From: Raillietiella orientalis
Taxonomy: Eukaryota
Direction: 5' to 3'
Assembly (NCBI GenBank): GCA_036172245.1
Contig: JAYWIR010000014.1
Coordinates: 3,038,001-3,102,000 of the forward strand
DNA: 64,000 nucleotides
The first letter of the stretch is position 1; the number at the start of each line of letters is the position of its first letter. Of this stretch, positions 13,261-26,399 are shown piece after piece. The notes below the pieces were generated by a model. The model searched no databases, was not told where the DNA came from, and saw only the letters and a list, made by a program, of their open reading frames with translations. The position numbers and the translations under genes are program-made.

Positions 13261-16200
13261 AGATAGGAGTTGTGTTCATTTATTTCGATTTTCTCTTCTT
13301 AGAGGGAAGTTTTGTTCCATACAAAGTGTGATGAAAGATTTGACCGCGATCTTTAATCATGAAGCATAAAGAATACTTAGACGAATCACAGTTGGGATGC
13401 CCGTAAACATGCCATCGTTTTCTGAGAAAGAATGAAGGGAAGGACGACCGAAGATCGAGGCAGTACTTCTACAGGATTAGCACAAAGATGTACGTGGCAC
13501 CTTGTTTAGGAAGAAAGAATTAAAATCCTCATCTAAACAGGGATGACAATTTATTTGGTCTTTGAGAATACAGCAGTAATACAAAACTTGGACCCATTCA
13601 ACCCCTAACCCCCCACAAAAAACAATAATTGGCCTTGGTACATCGCAATAAGGAGTTCGTAATAGTTCAAATGGCCTGTTCTTCACTAACCATTTTAGTG
13701 ATTTGTAACTTTATTATTATGTTGCTCTCGTGGCTGATTTGGATGTAATTAGTGATTTGTAGGTGCGATATGAGAAATAAATTATCTGCTTATTTAACTA
13801 TAATTGTAATTATTATCAAATTGAGTAAACTTAACATCCGGAAACATTGGGAAAATATTTCGAGTTGGATTGTGTGCAGTCAAAAATTTTTTCAGTGGAC
13901 TGCAACTGTTGATTCCTCTTTGTACAGAGCACAAATTGTTCATCTTATTGTATTGCAATGTTCACCCCTGGTGGAAGCATTCTACGATACTCAATAAGAT
14001 CAATCTATGAAAAAATGGCTCCATAGTTCTGGAAAGCGAGAGAGATTCATATTGACAAAAAATTCTAGCGCTACAGGGAGCGTGAGGAAGCTGTTCATCA
14101 AGAATCTAGTGAGTATCATGAGCTGAACGGAGAATCTTTAGGTTATCTGGGGACAAAGTTTGGAAAACTAACTTTAACTAGCTTTTAGTAACAACACTGG
14201 CTTAAGTGCAACTTCAGCCAGTTTTGTTTCTCTGCAACACCATGTTGGACCAAATGATTTCTTGAAATGGAAAATACTGATTCTTTATTTAGAGAAATGA
14301 ATTTTAACATTCAGTCTCCGACCATAAAGAATCTTGCAGGTACGATACCTTGCAATTAGCAACTTGCACCGAAAACTTATGCACTGTGCCCTTCTCCTAT
14401 CGACTGCTTTTTTGAACCACTCTGTACTTTCCAGGTGGTTGTCTGATTAAGCAAAAAGTTTTGTCCATCGAGTCCCTCACCTACATTCAAAGTGCTGTTT
14501 TCTACCTCAGCCATTTGTGATAGATAAGACGCTTTAGTCAGTTTTTCTACGATGCTCGAGCTGTAGGTTCTGACCATCTTCGAGTGAGCTTCAGCAGAAA
14601 CGTTAGATCACTTTGTGGATCACATAGCTGTAGAAGATCTTCGGACAGTATGAATATAGGGTCTTGATCTCAATTGAGTATAAACTAACGCTGAGTTACA
14701 AGACCATCTCAGAATGTCCAGCACGTGAGATGTGCTAGACATCCTGGATGCAACACTGTCCTAAAACACTGTCCTGAAGAATGTGATGGATTTCTGTTTA
14801 CTGAGTGCTTGAGAAGCGACCCGAATTCGCATTTCACTTTTTTGTCGCCATTGCTGGTCGCTTTCTGAATGTTTCCCTGCCAAAGCAGTCATCGATGCTG
14901 AGACATATCGGCACTGATTTCGGACTGCTCGCACGAGCAGTGCAAGGTGCTCCACGTTGAATCCCTTCTGCTACAATATTCCATTTCATTGGCGTCAAAT
15001 GGTGATTTCAATTTGACGACTGCTCTGGAAATCACCTCCACCTGTAGATATCCGTTCTGGATCGTTCTTTGAACATGACTGTTGTTGCATCGTACTGCTG
15101 AGTGTTATCTAACTAAGGCTGCGACCTTCGCTTCCGCGGTAGCGTCCCAATTAAGCAACGGTAGCATTTCTCAAGTTGAACTCTTGGCATAGGCTGTGGC
15201 GCGTACTTGAGGGCTCCTGACTTTTCCCATGTCTCCACGAGTTGTGCAGTGCAATCGAGCACTTTGACACTTTGGAAATTCTACGCAACACATATCGTCG
15301 CAGTTTTTGATGTAGTTGCGTTCAGAGGGCGTTTTCCCGCTTTAGTAGCAAAAACTGATAGCTATGGGCATCATGTTCTTGAGAACCGGAACAGTGGAAC
15401 ACCCGGTTGACTACTGTGGAACCACAAGTTCTCATGTTTTGTATATGTAAAATATTTGATCTGAAGAGAACTGACGCTGATACCCCTGCAGTGAAGGAGT
15501 TCATGTTTCGGTACGGCAGGAGTTGGATAGAGATGCGGGTCTATCAGTTCTGAAGACTAAAATTCCCAGGTCTTCTCTTTTATTGTCTGACCACTCAAAG
15601 TTTAATTAAAATTGAAAAAGAAAAAAACAACCACAACTACACGCACTACTTGGCAGTTATCAGACGTGATGTATCATGTCGATAAAGAAGTTCACTGTTC
15701 ATGCTTCCTGATCACCTGAAGGACGGCGTTGAAGTTCCTGCTTGCATTCATGCGTATACACGTGAAATTTCATTCACACGCTTGTCAGATTGTCTCACTT
15801 CGTTTCCTTTCCTCCAGAAATCCTTTGTTCCTTATCGGTGTTCTCTCCGAAATGAGGATTTGATCTGTGGCCTGAGATTCTGCATTCTAGAGTTTGCATA
15901 GAAAAATTCAAAGTCCAGCTCCAGAACATTATTCTTCTGTTCCTATGCAACAGAATCGCCATTAGGTGACGAGGAAAAATTGTGCGCAGCGAGTCGGTTA
16001 TGGAAACCCACCTTCTGTGGTACAGAACTATCGGAAACTGATCGAAGGCGGCTTTGAATAGATGGTCGGATCGAAATGGAAGCCTTGCCCTCCTCAGGCT
16101 GAAAAAAAGCCCTAGAGAGAGGCGGACAGCAAAAAATCAATGTACCTTATATTGCATGAATTACATAGAAAATTATCACCGGAGGTGGAACGGGTAAGGA

Positions 16201-16899
16201 CGAAGAAATGCTCAAGGTTCAGTAATTATCTGAGTCAAAGTGGATAAGCGTATGAGTGAAGATCTCTTTTTCCATAATGGACTCTTCACTATTATCTCTT
16301 TTCATAGTTTGATTTAATTATTTAAGAAAAAAAAAAAAAACTGCCTCTCGTCAAGGTAGATGCATGCGTTTTTCTAGAACTTTGAACATCTCTTTTATTT
16401 ACTGCAGAAATAATGGTAATCATCACCGTTATGATTTATGGGAACTGGAATTTTAACGAAGTATCTAAAAGCACCGTGCACGCGAGGCTTCATGGCTTAA
16501 GGCTGATGGGGAAAACGTGAGAAGTCGGGGTCAGTTCGTGGGTGGGGAAGGATGGGGAGGCACATTACGAAAGCAATCCGCTGCGAAGAGATCAAAACTG
16601 TTTGCAAGCTGTTCTCAGGTACTCCGATGGCATCATGGTACACGCAGCAAACCAATGCCAAACAGGGAGACTTCATTATGATATGTGGAGCAGACTTGGA
16701 GAGACCTCGGAAACAGTGTAGTTACGCACGAGAAGAAACTGTCACGAATCACAATCTCACGTCGCTGCTTGCCATGATCAAAATTACTCTAAAAGTAAAG
16801 GGTTTCTAATTCTAATTTTTTTTTTCTTCAAGGAAAACGGTTGTTCTTCATTCTCCATCTTATTTATTTATTTATTTTGCCGTTGTCTTTATTTGTCCA

Positions 16900-17205
16900 C
16901 CTCGTCTCCTGGCAACCGTGCGGTTCGGTCATCGCCTCGTGACGGCGAGGGCCCAGGGGTTGCCTCAGGATCCCGGGACGGACTAGCGTGTAGGGTGAGG
17001 TCTCGTGTAAGACTAGCATATGATGGAAATCCTTTGGGTTCTTTTCTGTCTTCTCTGTTTTCCTTACAGCTTTTTTTTTTTTTTCGGGTTTTATTTTTTG
17101 GGGTTCGCTGAGTACCTCAAGAACCGTCGCGTGCTTGGAGGCTCACGCAGCTCTTTGACGCTGTTCCACACCACCCAAGAGTGCTTGTATTTCTTCAAAA
17201 TAGGG
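16900..17205 (+). mobile_element. Possible diverged LINE 3' UTR, tail-to-tail with the copy ending at 17211
   Basis: GC block, ATCCTTTGGGTTC, T-rich tract, GC block, TGTATT...AAATA; the order resembles the family 3' UTR but sequence similarity is weak. Confidence 0.3.
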
Positions 17206-17210
17206 TTTAT

Positions 17211-18546
17211 CAGCCGGTCACGCCAGGACGTTTATTATAAAAAAATAAACGTACATGTGTAGAGCCATCGGTCCTACACTGTCCGAAAATGCTCGGAACT
17301 ACCGAGTTACCGGCACTCAGGCCGGCGAGGTTCGCCTCGGCAGCGGAGGGGGAAGGGCAAGCAAAAAGAAAAATAAAACAAGAAACATATACAAAAAAAT
17401 TAGGAGGGTTATTGAAGGGATCACTGGGAGCAGGAGGGCGTCCTCTGCATCCTTTCCAGGATGCTGGCAAGTTCCATCCGAATATGTCCCAGGTTAGGCC
17501 ATCTTTCTGCCGTCCTCAGGAAGCGCAGAGCAATGTACATGGCATCCCTATCGTGCTGCCCTCCTCTCGCATAGCTCTAGGCCGCCACAATCCCGCGTAG
17601 GCAGCAGCGAAGAGCTGTTAGGGATGCGGCAGGCGAAAGGGCATCGCGCACGAAGAGGCACTTCAACACATCCCTGGGATTGTCCATCGGTGCACTAAGG
17701 GCTGTTGCATAACTCAACCACAGGGGCCGGAGGGCAATACAGTCTACAAGAAGGTGCGGAAAGGATTCTCGTTCCCTGCACCAGCAACAGTTGGGGTCCA
17801 CAGCCCCCCGGGTCCAGTGAGACCGGCGGGCGTTGCAAAAGCAGAAGTGCCGACTCCTTCCACTTCAGGTAAAGCGTCCGGTTGTTCTACAGCCCTGGGG
17901 CCACTCGGGGTCTTGAAGGATTTTCAGCAGCTTACCCCAGCCCAATATTTCCTTCAGTGGGGCAATTGAGGTCGCAGCGTTCGTGGGCTGGTCCGTGGTC
18001 TGGCCACCTAGTTCCCTCGTCTTTTGACTGATTTCACAATCTCCCATCTGGCCAGCTGGTTACTGCCCAGGTACCCCTGAGGGGGGGGAAGTTCCGCGAC
18101 AGAAAGGTTCTTTGTGCCCGCGCACACGTGGTGGGTTTCCTGATGACGTCCTGCAGTGAGCGGTGATTGTAGAGGGAATGCAGCAGTCGCTGCCTCATCT
18201 TTCAGACCCGCTTCGCTATTCCTGGTCCATGTGCGAACGGTTTCCTGCAACCATGCACTACCGTTCGCAGACCGTCAGGAGATGCAGTTGTTGGTCCTGG
18301 TCAGCTTGGCCACTCGCCGGAGCTCCAGTCCGCAGCTGGACACATTGCCATCGCGCCAGGAACGAAGACAGTCCCGGTGGCTCGCTAGACCAGGTATCGT
18401 GCGGACTAGAACCAGTTCGTGCTCCAAAGCTTCTCCACTAGGGCAAGCATCCTCCACTGGAGCTGCCGCCCCAAACGCTCCAGCGACACGAGGCGGAGGC
18501 CTCCGTTGTGACGCGGAGCGCACGAGTCCTTCAGGCGAACTCAGGG
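17211..18546 (-). mobile_element. Tx1/L1-like LINE 3' portion (post-RT region, CxxC-H-C domain, 3' UTR)
   Basis: DPNCCWCRERESFPHLLVDCIALRPLW (homologous to 11234-11542); terminal motif CAGCCGGTCACGCCAGGACGTTTATT at 17211-17236. Confidence 0.85.
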
Positions 18547-19285
18547 TCTCCAAGATAGAAGGATACACAGAGAGGGGACCACCCTATGAATCCAGGAAGG
18601 GCTCCGGAGGAAGAGTCCGTTTCTCTCGCGCCTGGGGAAGGATTCAAAGGGAACTGCCACCCTGGTTGTCTCCGAAGGGAACCCCAAAGGGAATCTCCAT
18701 CCATATTCTCTCCGAAGCGACTCCTGGAGGCGCCCGCTCCATTTCTCTTCTCCGAAGGAAAACCGGAAAGGATTCGCTATTAGGAATTTCTTCTCCAGAG
18801 GGATCCCCTGGGAAGGGAACTGCTCCTGTTTACTCCCCTGAAGAGGACCCCAAAGGGGAGCTTCCGAAATTCCTCAGAAGGGCGCTCCCCGAAGGGAGCG
18901 ACACACTTCTCCGCACTCTGGAAAGATATTTCACCAGCTCCATGGTACGAGACGGAGGGTCCTCCCCGAACCGGGGAGGAACCGCTCCTTGGCACAACCG
19001 GAGGGGAACTCCTACTCCTTGATTCTGTGTTCTAGAAGGACCCCAGAGGGTCGACTCCCAATCCCAGCCACTCATCGGGGGCATCCGGTTTGAACCGCCA
19101 CCAGTGCCGCCGCACCCGAATGCAGGCCTACCAGAGTCATCTCTCAGGAAAAAACTCGGACTCGAACATCTCGCAGAACTCGAACCTATGATGCACCCCC
19201 ATCTTTTGGATTCGATTCTTTCCGAGTATTCGAACCCGTGACCCTTAATACCATATGGACTCAGACACAAGCACGTCTCCCCGTC
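18547..19285 (-). mobile_element. tRNA-headed long SINE-like element, copy 1
   Basis: B box GGTTCGAATAC (plus-strand GTATTCGAACC at 19226-19236); body colinear with 42918-43635 and 46260-47058; internal ~40-nt repeat array at 18630-18900. Confidence 0.75.
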
Positions 19286-19299
19286 CGCACGGGGCCGGG

Positions 19300-20340
19300 T
19301 CCTGTCCAGCGGCAGGGGGCTGATATTCACCTCCACCTTCTTCATCTGCATCCACTTGTGCGAGTCCACGTTGCGCAAGGTCAGGGCGACCCCGTAGCGG
19401 CCGTTCAGGTTGGCGTGCTGGCAGTGGCCGTGCCACCAGTCTCCCACGTAGAACTGCGCGCAATGTGTGCTGCTGGCGTCGTTGTCCCGGTCGGGAGTGC
19501 TGAACCGCATCCCTGTGTGGTGAGTGAGGGCGTCAGAGGCGCTCCCGAAGTACCTTCCGATGGTCAGGTCCCGACAGAACCTGGAGAAGGTCGCAGCGGC
19601 GTGCGAGTAGGTGCCCTCGGCGTCCCAAAGCCTCGAAGAGGGCCGAGTTCCTGAGGTGGGAGGTCAGGTGGTGAAGGACCTCCGGACGATCCGATGCTCC
19701 CCGGCGGAAGAGCCGAACCCCGAGGAGTAGTGAGTCCAGTTCCCGTAGTTCTCGCTCCCGTCCTCTTGTCACTGCACCAGGCTCCGGAAGCGGTCCTCCG
19801 TCTTCCTGTCTCATCCTGGAGGCAGATCCTGGAGTGCGTTGCCGGAGGCAGCCAGCACGTATTCGCCTCTGCTGCAGTAGTGTGGTGCTAGCCATGAGCT
19901 CCTGGGACTGGTTCATTGCGTCGCGGAACTTGACCACGTCCGGCTTCTTCCTGAGAATCGTCCTCACGGTGCCGCAGCTCCCGTTCACATCTCGCAGCTT
20001 TCTCTCCAGGATCCCCAACTTCTTGTCCAACATCGCCATCTTGAGTTCGTGAATCGCCACGGAGTTGTCACTCTTGCAGTTTTGCAGCGACTGGCTGAGC
20101 ACCTGGTCGTGGACCACCACCAGGCGGAGGTGGTCTCTCTTCTCCCGGTAGAATGAGATACAATATTATATACTCCCGGTCGCAGTAGAGGATGAGTTCC
20201 TTGAGCTCCCCCTTCAGTCCCTCGGTCAGGTCGACCTGGTCCTTAATTCTCATTATCAGACTGCCTTGCATCAATTCTCAAGTGACCAGCAGGAATAGCT
20301 GTTGCTGTAAACTGTTCAAGATGTATTCATTCACATTACT
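19300..20340 (-). pseudogene. sca: Scabrous-like fibrinogen-related protein (coiled coil plus fibrinogen C domain), intronless pseudogene
   Basis: Coiled-coil segments (KDQVDLTEGLKGELKEL; HELKMAMLDKKLGILERKL), then SLVQ*QEDGSENYGNWTHYSSGFGSSAGEH / PEVLHHLTS / LTIGRYFGSASDALTHHTGMRFSTPDRDNDASSTHCAQFYVGDWWHGHCQHANLNGRY. ASDAL, THCA and HCQHANLNGRY resemble scabrous. In-frame TGA at 19769-19771 plus frameshifts. The symbol indicates family likeness, not proven orthology. Confidence 0.82.
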
Positions 20341-20344
20341 TGAA

Positions 20345-21170
20345 ACATCCTACAGAAGAAACGACCCAGCAATTCCCCAGGGATGTCCTCCGAATGAAGG
20401 AGAGCACGTTTCCATACGCGGCCCGCAACCGGTGCAGGAACGGTTCGATCACCTTACATCTGGTGCGATTTGAGAAGACGCTCCTCCCAAACGCTCCTCA
20501 GATGTCAGTGCTTGTTACACTGGAAGGGAGACAGAAACCTCCAAGCACAAGTTTCTCCGACGACATACTTGAGATTTCGGCTCACCGGAACGATTCCTTG
20601 GCCCGAAAGCACATCCCATAAATAACGACGTAGTGTGGCCGCGCCAAACCTACTCCCCGTCAACCATTTTCCCAGGAGTTTCTTCATTTCCTACTCTGCT
20701 AGTAGGCCACTGTCCTTTTTCACCCACAGGACCAACAACGTTACGCCTCAGGATCTGAAGGTGATTCGGTTCAGTTCCATATGAGCTCTTCCGGGAGGAA
20801 ACTAGAGGACGGAATTTGGAGGGAAACAATTTTTATCAGCGTCGCCCAGGTGTCAGCTGCCCCTTGCTGCAAAGCGTTGAAGTTCATGGAGTGGCAGGAG
20901 ATTCATTCCACTGTGCTGCTCTGGAAGTAAGACTATTTGCTTCTATCCTGCGAAGATTACGCAGCAACACGGATGCCATTCCTTCAGTACCGAACATGCA
21001 TCGTAGGATAAGGAGCACGGATACACACCCAGTGCTCCACAATTTGGCTGCAAAGAGCAGTCTTCTGAAATGTATTCGGAGCTCTATCCTGATGAGCGTG
21101 AGGACGTTTAAGACCGCATCCCGATGCCGGCTATGGAATTCCACGAAGACAACTTCCTTCATCCCCTATT
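20345..21170 (-). mobile_element. Tx1/L1-like LINE post-RT to Cys-domain fragment
   Basis: HRDAVLNVLTLIRIELRIHFRRLLFAAKLW aligns with HKDGGLCLLTLERMELQLHIRRLILAAKLW (ORF 12017-12319); SCTGCGPRMET near 20420. Confidence 0.75.
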
Positions 21171-23249
21171 TCCTGAAATAGACTATCGTATTATTCATAT
21201 GATTTCAAATAGTTAATGGGTAAGAAGTAACAAAGGGATATTAATAACAGAATTAATAGTTAACCAGGTAGATTCCATTCTCTGCAAACGCTCCATATAT
21301 ACTATGGAAAACCAATCTAATGGTATTCGAGTTTAGCAAAGTGTTGAGAGCAAATGGAAAAAAAAAAGCATGTGTTCCTACTAGAAAAAGCTAGTTCTGT
21401 TTAATTGGTTCGTCTGAAATCCCATAAAGAATAGAAAACTGAAACAGTTCAGGACACTAATTGTACAAATATCTTCAATCTAAATGACGCTCAATCTTCA
21501 GCTTGAATGACAAAAAGAATGGATGAAATTGCGAAAGAGCCTCTCAGACACTTCAAGTACAACCCAGTGATCCTGAACTCATTAGGCGAAACCAAATTTA
21601 AAATTGATTTTTGATTCCGTTACAACTTATGCATTACGATGGCAGGTTTATTAATGAACTAATTAAACTGGAATTACAAAATGGAACTTGTTCTTCTTGG
21701 ATTAAGGGAGTATTCGCTTCTAAGGTGAAAGCAAACTCATTCCGATACCAGTATTTATGACAAAGGCACTAATAAAGCTAGGTTTATCACTACTGAATTC
21801 CAAAATATCTAGTATGGCAGGATGCTTACATGACATACTTGTCGCATCTCGTCATTGCATCTCTTACAGCATCGTTTATAGGTACAAGTTTCGAGTGGAA
21901 GCTAAGCGAAAAATATCTAATGAGAAGAACTTCGTGGCACTGAGCAGAAACGAATGTACATTAGGTTCCTTCAAGGTTCCTAAGGATACAGCAGCTTATA
22001 CAATAAGTTACTCTACTAGATAAATCCAGCATGGAGCTATGAGTGCATTTTCAAATTAAAATGCCTTTAAGAAAAGCTTTTCAGAAGTCTGATTCAAGGG
22101 CAACATTATGAGAATAACGAGCATTAGAAAGAGAGCAACTTGCACACTTGGAAAAAATCAACTAAGCTGAAAAAATCACCAATAGTACTTATTTTTACAC
22201 AATGTTCCACGATCATCCTCTTAGAATACTGAATTGCTTTACAAGGTTCAGTAAGATTCTGAATAAGAATTTATTTAAGGCTGCAAAACAACAGAACCAA
22301 CAGATGTGAGTGCTTCTTTCTTTGCTTACTTAATTACATTAAGATTTAACTAGCAATAATCGTTAATTACATTAAGGGAAAGCTTCTCTAAAATTAAATG
22401 TACTTTGTTGTCATAAAGACAACCAACCTGCTTCTTTCAGTACAATATTTTCAAAGTCATACAAAAAATATAATCAGAATTGACTGAAAAACAATCTTTG
22501 TTTTTTTCATATCAAGACAGTACAGGTAACATCCAAAGGTATTCTACAATGATTTGGTGAGGAGTCTCTGAAAAATTTGCGAAAAGGATACAAATTGTTA
22601 TCATAGTGAAAATGCAGAACAATGTTCACAAAAAGTTGTAATAGACTTCTGAAAAAGAAAAATCTAAAGGGACTGTTGTTGCTACAGACGCAACAGAGCT
22701 CATATTATCTATTTCTGGGCATATCATTGTAAAATCTTATGGTTTGCTTTTGTGTGTTTCTCCCATATCTTGGGAGTCAGAGCTAACAATACAAAACAGT
22801 TATTGAAAACTGTTCATCTTAACCAGGAAAGCTTATTGAGATAAGCAAAGGCAATCTTGTGACTCTTGTAGATTTTAGACATAACTTAAAATTATGAAAA
22901 TATTCAAACAATCTTTTCGTTGCAATTAAAAGCAGCACTTGTTTTTCGAGTTCATCAAAAGTCGGCATGTTGAGCTGGGATTTCTTTTTCTTTTTTTTAT
23001 GCCTAAGTAGCAAAGTTCAACAATATTTCAAACCTTCAATGCGGAAACTTGCTTTGGAACATACGGTAATTCAGGGCTATAAAATATCTGTACTGAAGCT
23101 AGAACTGTCTGATCGATTTCATGAAAATGATTTAGGATGTAGAGAACTCTTACTTCATTCAAAAATTTTCTATGAGACTTATTTAAAGTATCATGAAGAC
23201 TAACTTGGGTTGTTACTAAGTTCTTCTAAGTCAAGTGGTCTTCAATGTA

Positions 23250-24100
23250 TGCTAAAGGCAAGACCAGAATAGTTTACAAATTTATGCAACGCAAGAAAAA
23301 GTCATGAAAATATTTGCTTTGATGTCATCGTGAACTGTGATGTCCTCTCTTGGTTTGTTCCATGGAAAGTTAAGGATCAGATGGAAACATCTATATACAA
23401 ATATGAAGAGGGCTGTAGATATTCAAAGATTCTGTTCAAAAACTTCACGAAAAAAAATCTTGACCGAATCGGCTTGTGCTTATCAGAGAAATACAGTCTA
23501 TTTACTCTCGTGAGAGTTTTTGCAGACTTTCGAGGACAGTTCTAACTGTAGGATACAATTTGAAGTTCTAACTATAGGAAGGAATTTATGAAATGTGTAG
23601 AATAATTCGACGGAATATTCTAGAAAGGTTCATTCGATCCTAAATTATAAAGACACAGGGCATGATAAATTAAAGGAATCTTATATAATTTAGTTCTTGG
23701 TAAGGACTGCTTAAGCACACTAAGATGTTTTTTCTTGGAAAGTTTTGCTTTTGATATTTCTGCAAGCTGCATCCTCGCTTTGCTCTCGCTTAGGCTGTCT
23801 CAGCAATTGGTGTTGCGTATAAACGAAATTCCAGAATTTTTGTTCAGCACGGTTTTACGAGATGTTCGTGTTGGAGATAGCAGTAGAGCTTAGAAGCTAA
23901 AATGTGAGATGATTCAAGGTTGAAAATAAGTTTTGAGACAAGGAATAGCAATCTCTTTATTACTCCATTCAAACGTTACGCACTTTGCAGATGCATATGT
24001 GGAAGATAGCACGAATTCTGGTTCACAAAATTCATAATTAATGCGACCGATTTCCGAAATTGCAGGATGGATTCGATTACAAAAATGTAGAATGCCAATT
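23250..24100 (+). mobile_element. Possible very old LINE RT remnant
   Basis: AYVEDST (YADD-like) near 23995-24012, with only faint upstream RT-like fragments; heavily AT-eroded. Confidence 0.2.
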
Positions 24101-26399
24101 ACTTAGGATTTTTCAAAATAATTCATGCTTGAATTGTTGAAGATGGAAGGGTTGTCAGGTGAGACACAAGCAGTTGTCATCGAAGTGACTGCGTTTGAAA
24201 ATATTAATTGAATGAGAATACTGAAAATAGGCAGTTGGATGAATGAGAAAGGGTTTTAATACTGTAGCTGTGTAGAATATTAATGAAGATATTGCTTAGA
24301 GTTCCAAGGTTATATGAGGTACGAGTTCAGTTATGTCACAACAGGAAGCATTTGAAATGGAATAAAGAACTTAAATTATGTATTTTAAAGGTGACTAAAA
24401 ATGCTTAAAACACTAGACCATACTTTAAAGTTTAGAACCTTAAAGACGCGATTAAAAATTGATACTAGAGTACAAATGTTGCATATTTTCCCAGAGAGAC
24501 TTTAGTAAATACACACCAGGAGTGATTTCAAATCTTATTCAAAGTTGTAACATATAGTTCACAAGGTAACCATCAAGTAAGAATTTGAAAAATGAAACAA
24601 AGTATGGCCAACGAAGTGCAAAGTGATATATGTACATATTTCTTGTATAACAATTGCTAATTAGAAAAGTAATACATGCAACATAATAATCTTCCCAGGA
24701 GAACTTTGTAATATCCAAAAAAAGTGGTGTGCATTGTGGAAAAATGATGTCTAAACTAAAGGTAGCAGCATGCAACTTTTAAATAACAGAAAGCATAATA
24801 GAAGACTGTTAAATCTGAAGAGTGAATGATTTTTAGGAAAAAGCAAGGTTTTGCCATTGTTGAAAAGAAGTTTTTCAGTTTCTCACAAACACTAAAAGCA
24901 GTCATATAAAATTAGTCATATAAATTTTTGATTATTATCTAGTGAAGAGTATCAACACATCTTACCAAAGTTACAAAAATGGGCTGTGAAGGATGAAAAG
25001 TAATCATATTGAATACAATATAAGCTATCAGCAAAAATGCAATGAATGTCTTGAAAGTTGAGTTACTTCTTTTAAGCAAAGAAGTCCTCTCTTTTCTAGC
25101 CACTTTCAACAAATGCAAATTAGGAATAAAGAACAAACATGAAAAACAAAGGATTCAGCTGTTGATAGAACCTTCAAGATTTTGATAATTCTGAGTATGC
25201 ATCTCGCTTTGTTTTCCATCAGACAAAACAAGCCCAAGTTTAGATGTCTGAAAAAATAACATCAGATGTTGCTGCATAAATTGTTTTCATTAGAAATATT
25301 GTTATGATTATAAAATGATGCATCTTTGCACAGCATCTGCTGGAAAGAAGAATTAAATGAAAATGTGGAACTCCTGTGTTTAAACCAATGTTATCCAAAC
25401 ATTTGAATTATCTTCAGTGTTGACAAGTAAGGAGATTGAATTCTCACATTGTGTTCTCCATGCATTCATGCATGCTTTGATGAGATATTTCTAGGCCTTA
25501 AAGTCAAATAGACTGGTTCCATCTGACCCAGCTCTGCCTGTTTACTTACCTGCTTATGTAATTGCTCACAAGCTGATGCCAGAATGAAATTGTTATATAT
25601 GATGTTCACTTGTAAAACATATATCATTTAAATACCAATGTATGACTGCAATGCAAATTATGCAAGCATATGGAGAATTGGCCATTACATGAATCCACAT
25701 CACACACACAGACAAAAAAGCTCCCAAAGTATAGCAAGGTATCTACATGGTTTGTAAAATTTTTCTTACATCAAATTCTTATGTAAAAGCATATTCTAAG
25801 CTATATTCATAAGCTTTATTCTTTGAAGTATTCTAAAAGTTGAGCAAGAGCTATTGTTGTCAACATCAACAATCTTAGACCCATTGCTGATTAAGTTTAC
25901 CTATGGCGAAGTTCATAGTTATTCACACCAGCAGCAGTATGGGCAAAATTCTTCTGTTGTATGAAAAGATGCAAATCAGAAAACAAGGATTCCATGTATT
26001 AGGTAATCATTTTTGTATGAGTGACTATGAAAAGAAAGAAACTAACACCAACACCCCATTAAGGTGCTTTGCACACATCTTTGCTTGTGAATGCTATATG
26101 TAAACATGAGATCAGTATATCTTTCTAATATTAGTCCAGCTTGCTTTGTGGTGCAAGCTCTCATACTATGGTCACATTATTAGAAACAAACTAGGGTGAT
26201 CTTACGAGCCCCACTAATCTATTATGAATGTTTCTTCCTTCCTTACTAAGGTGCTATTTTTGTTGTTTTTTCGCTGGCAAATTATGTTTCAAAAACAGTT
26301 TTGTCCAAAGGTTAAGATTAAATTGCAAAGTATCATTAAGGAACCTGAAGTAAATTGACTAGTACTTTTAGCATCCACTGGAACTATGAACGGAATCTC

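Noticed and set aside
13700..16800. Intermediate-GC stretch with short coding-like ORFs
   Set aside because: Probably old TE debris, but no diagnostic motif could be assigned.
18630..18900. CRISPR-like repeat/spacer appearance
   Set aside because: The repeats are degenerate, the linkers are short (~16-22 nt) and shared between dispersed copies, there are no cas genes, and the context is eukaryotic.
25540..25556. Perfect minus-strand splice donor CAG|GTAAGT
   Set aside because: No convincing acceptor or ORF upstream; an isolated match is expected by chance.
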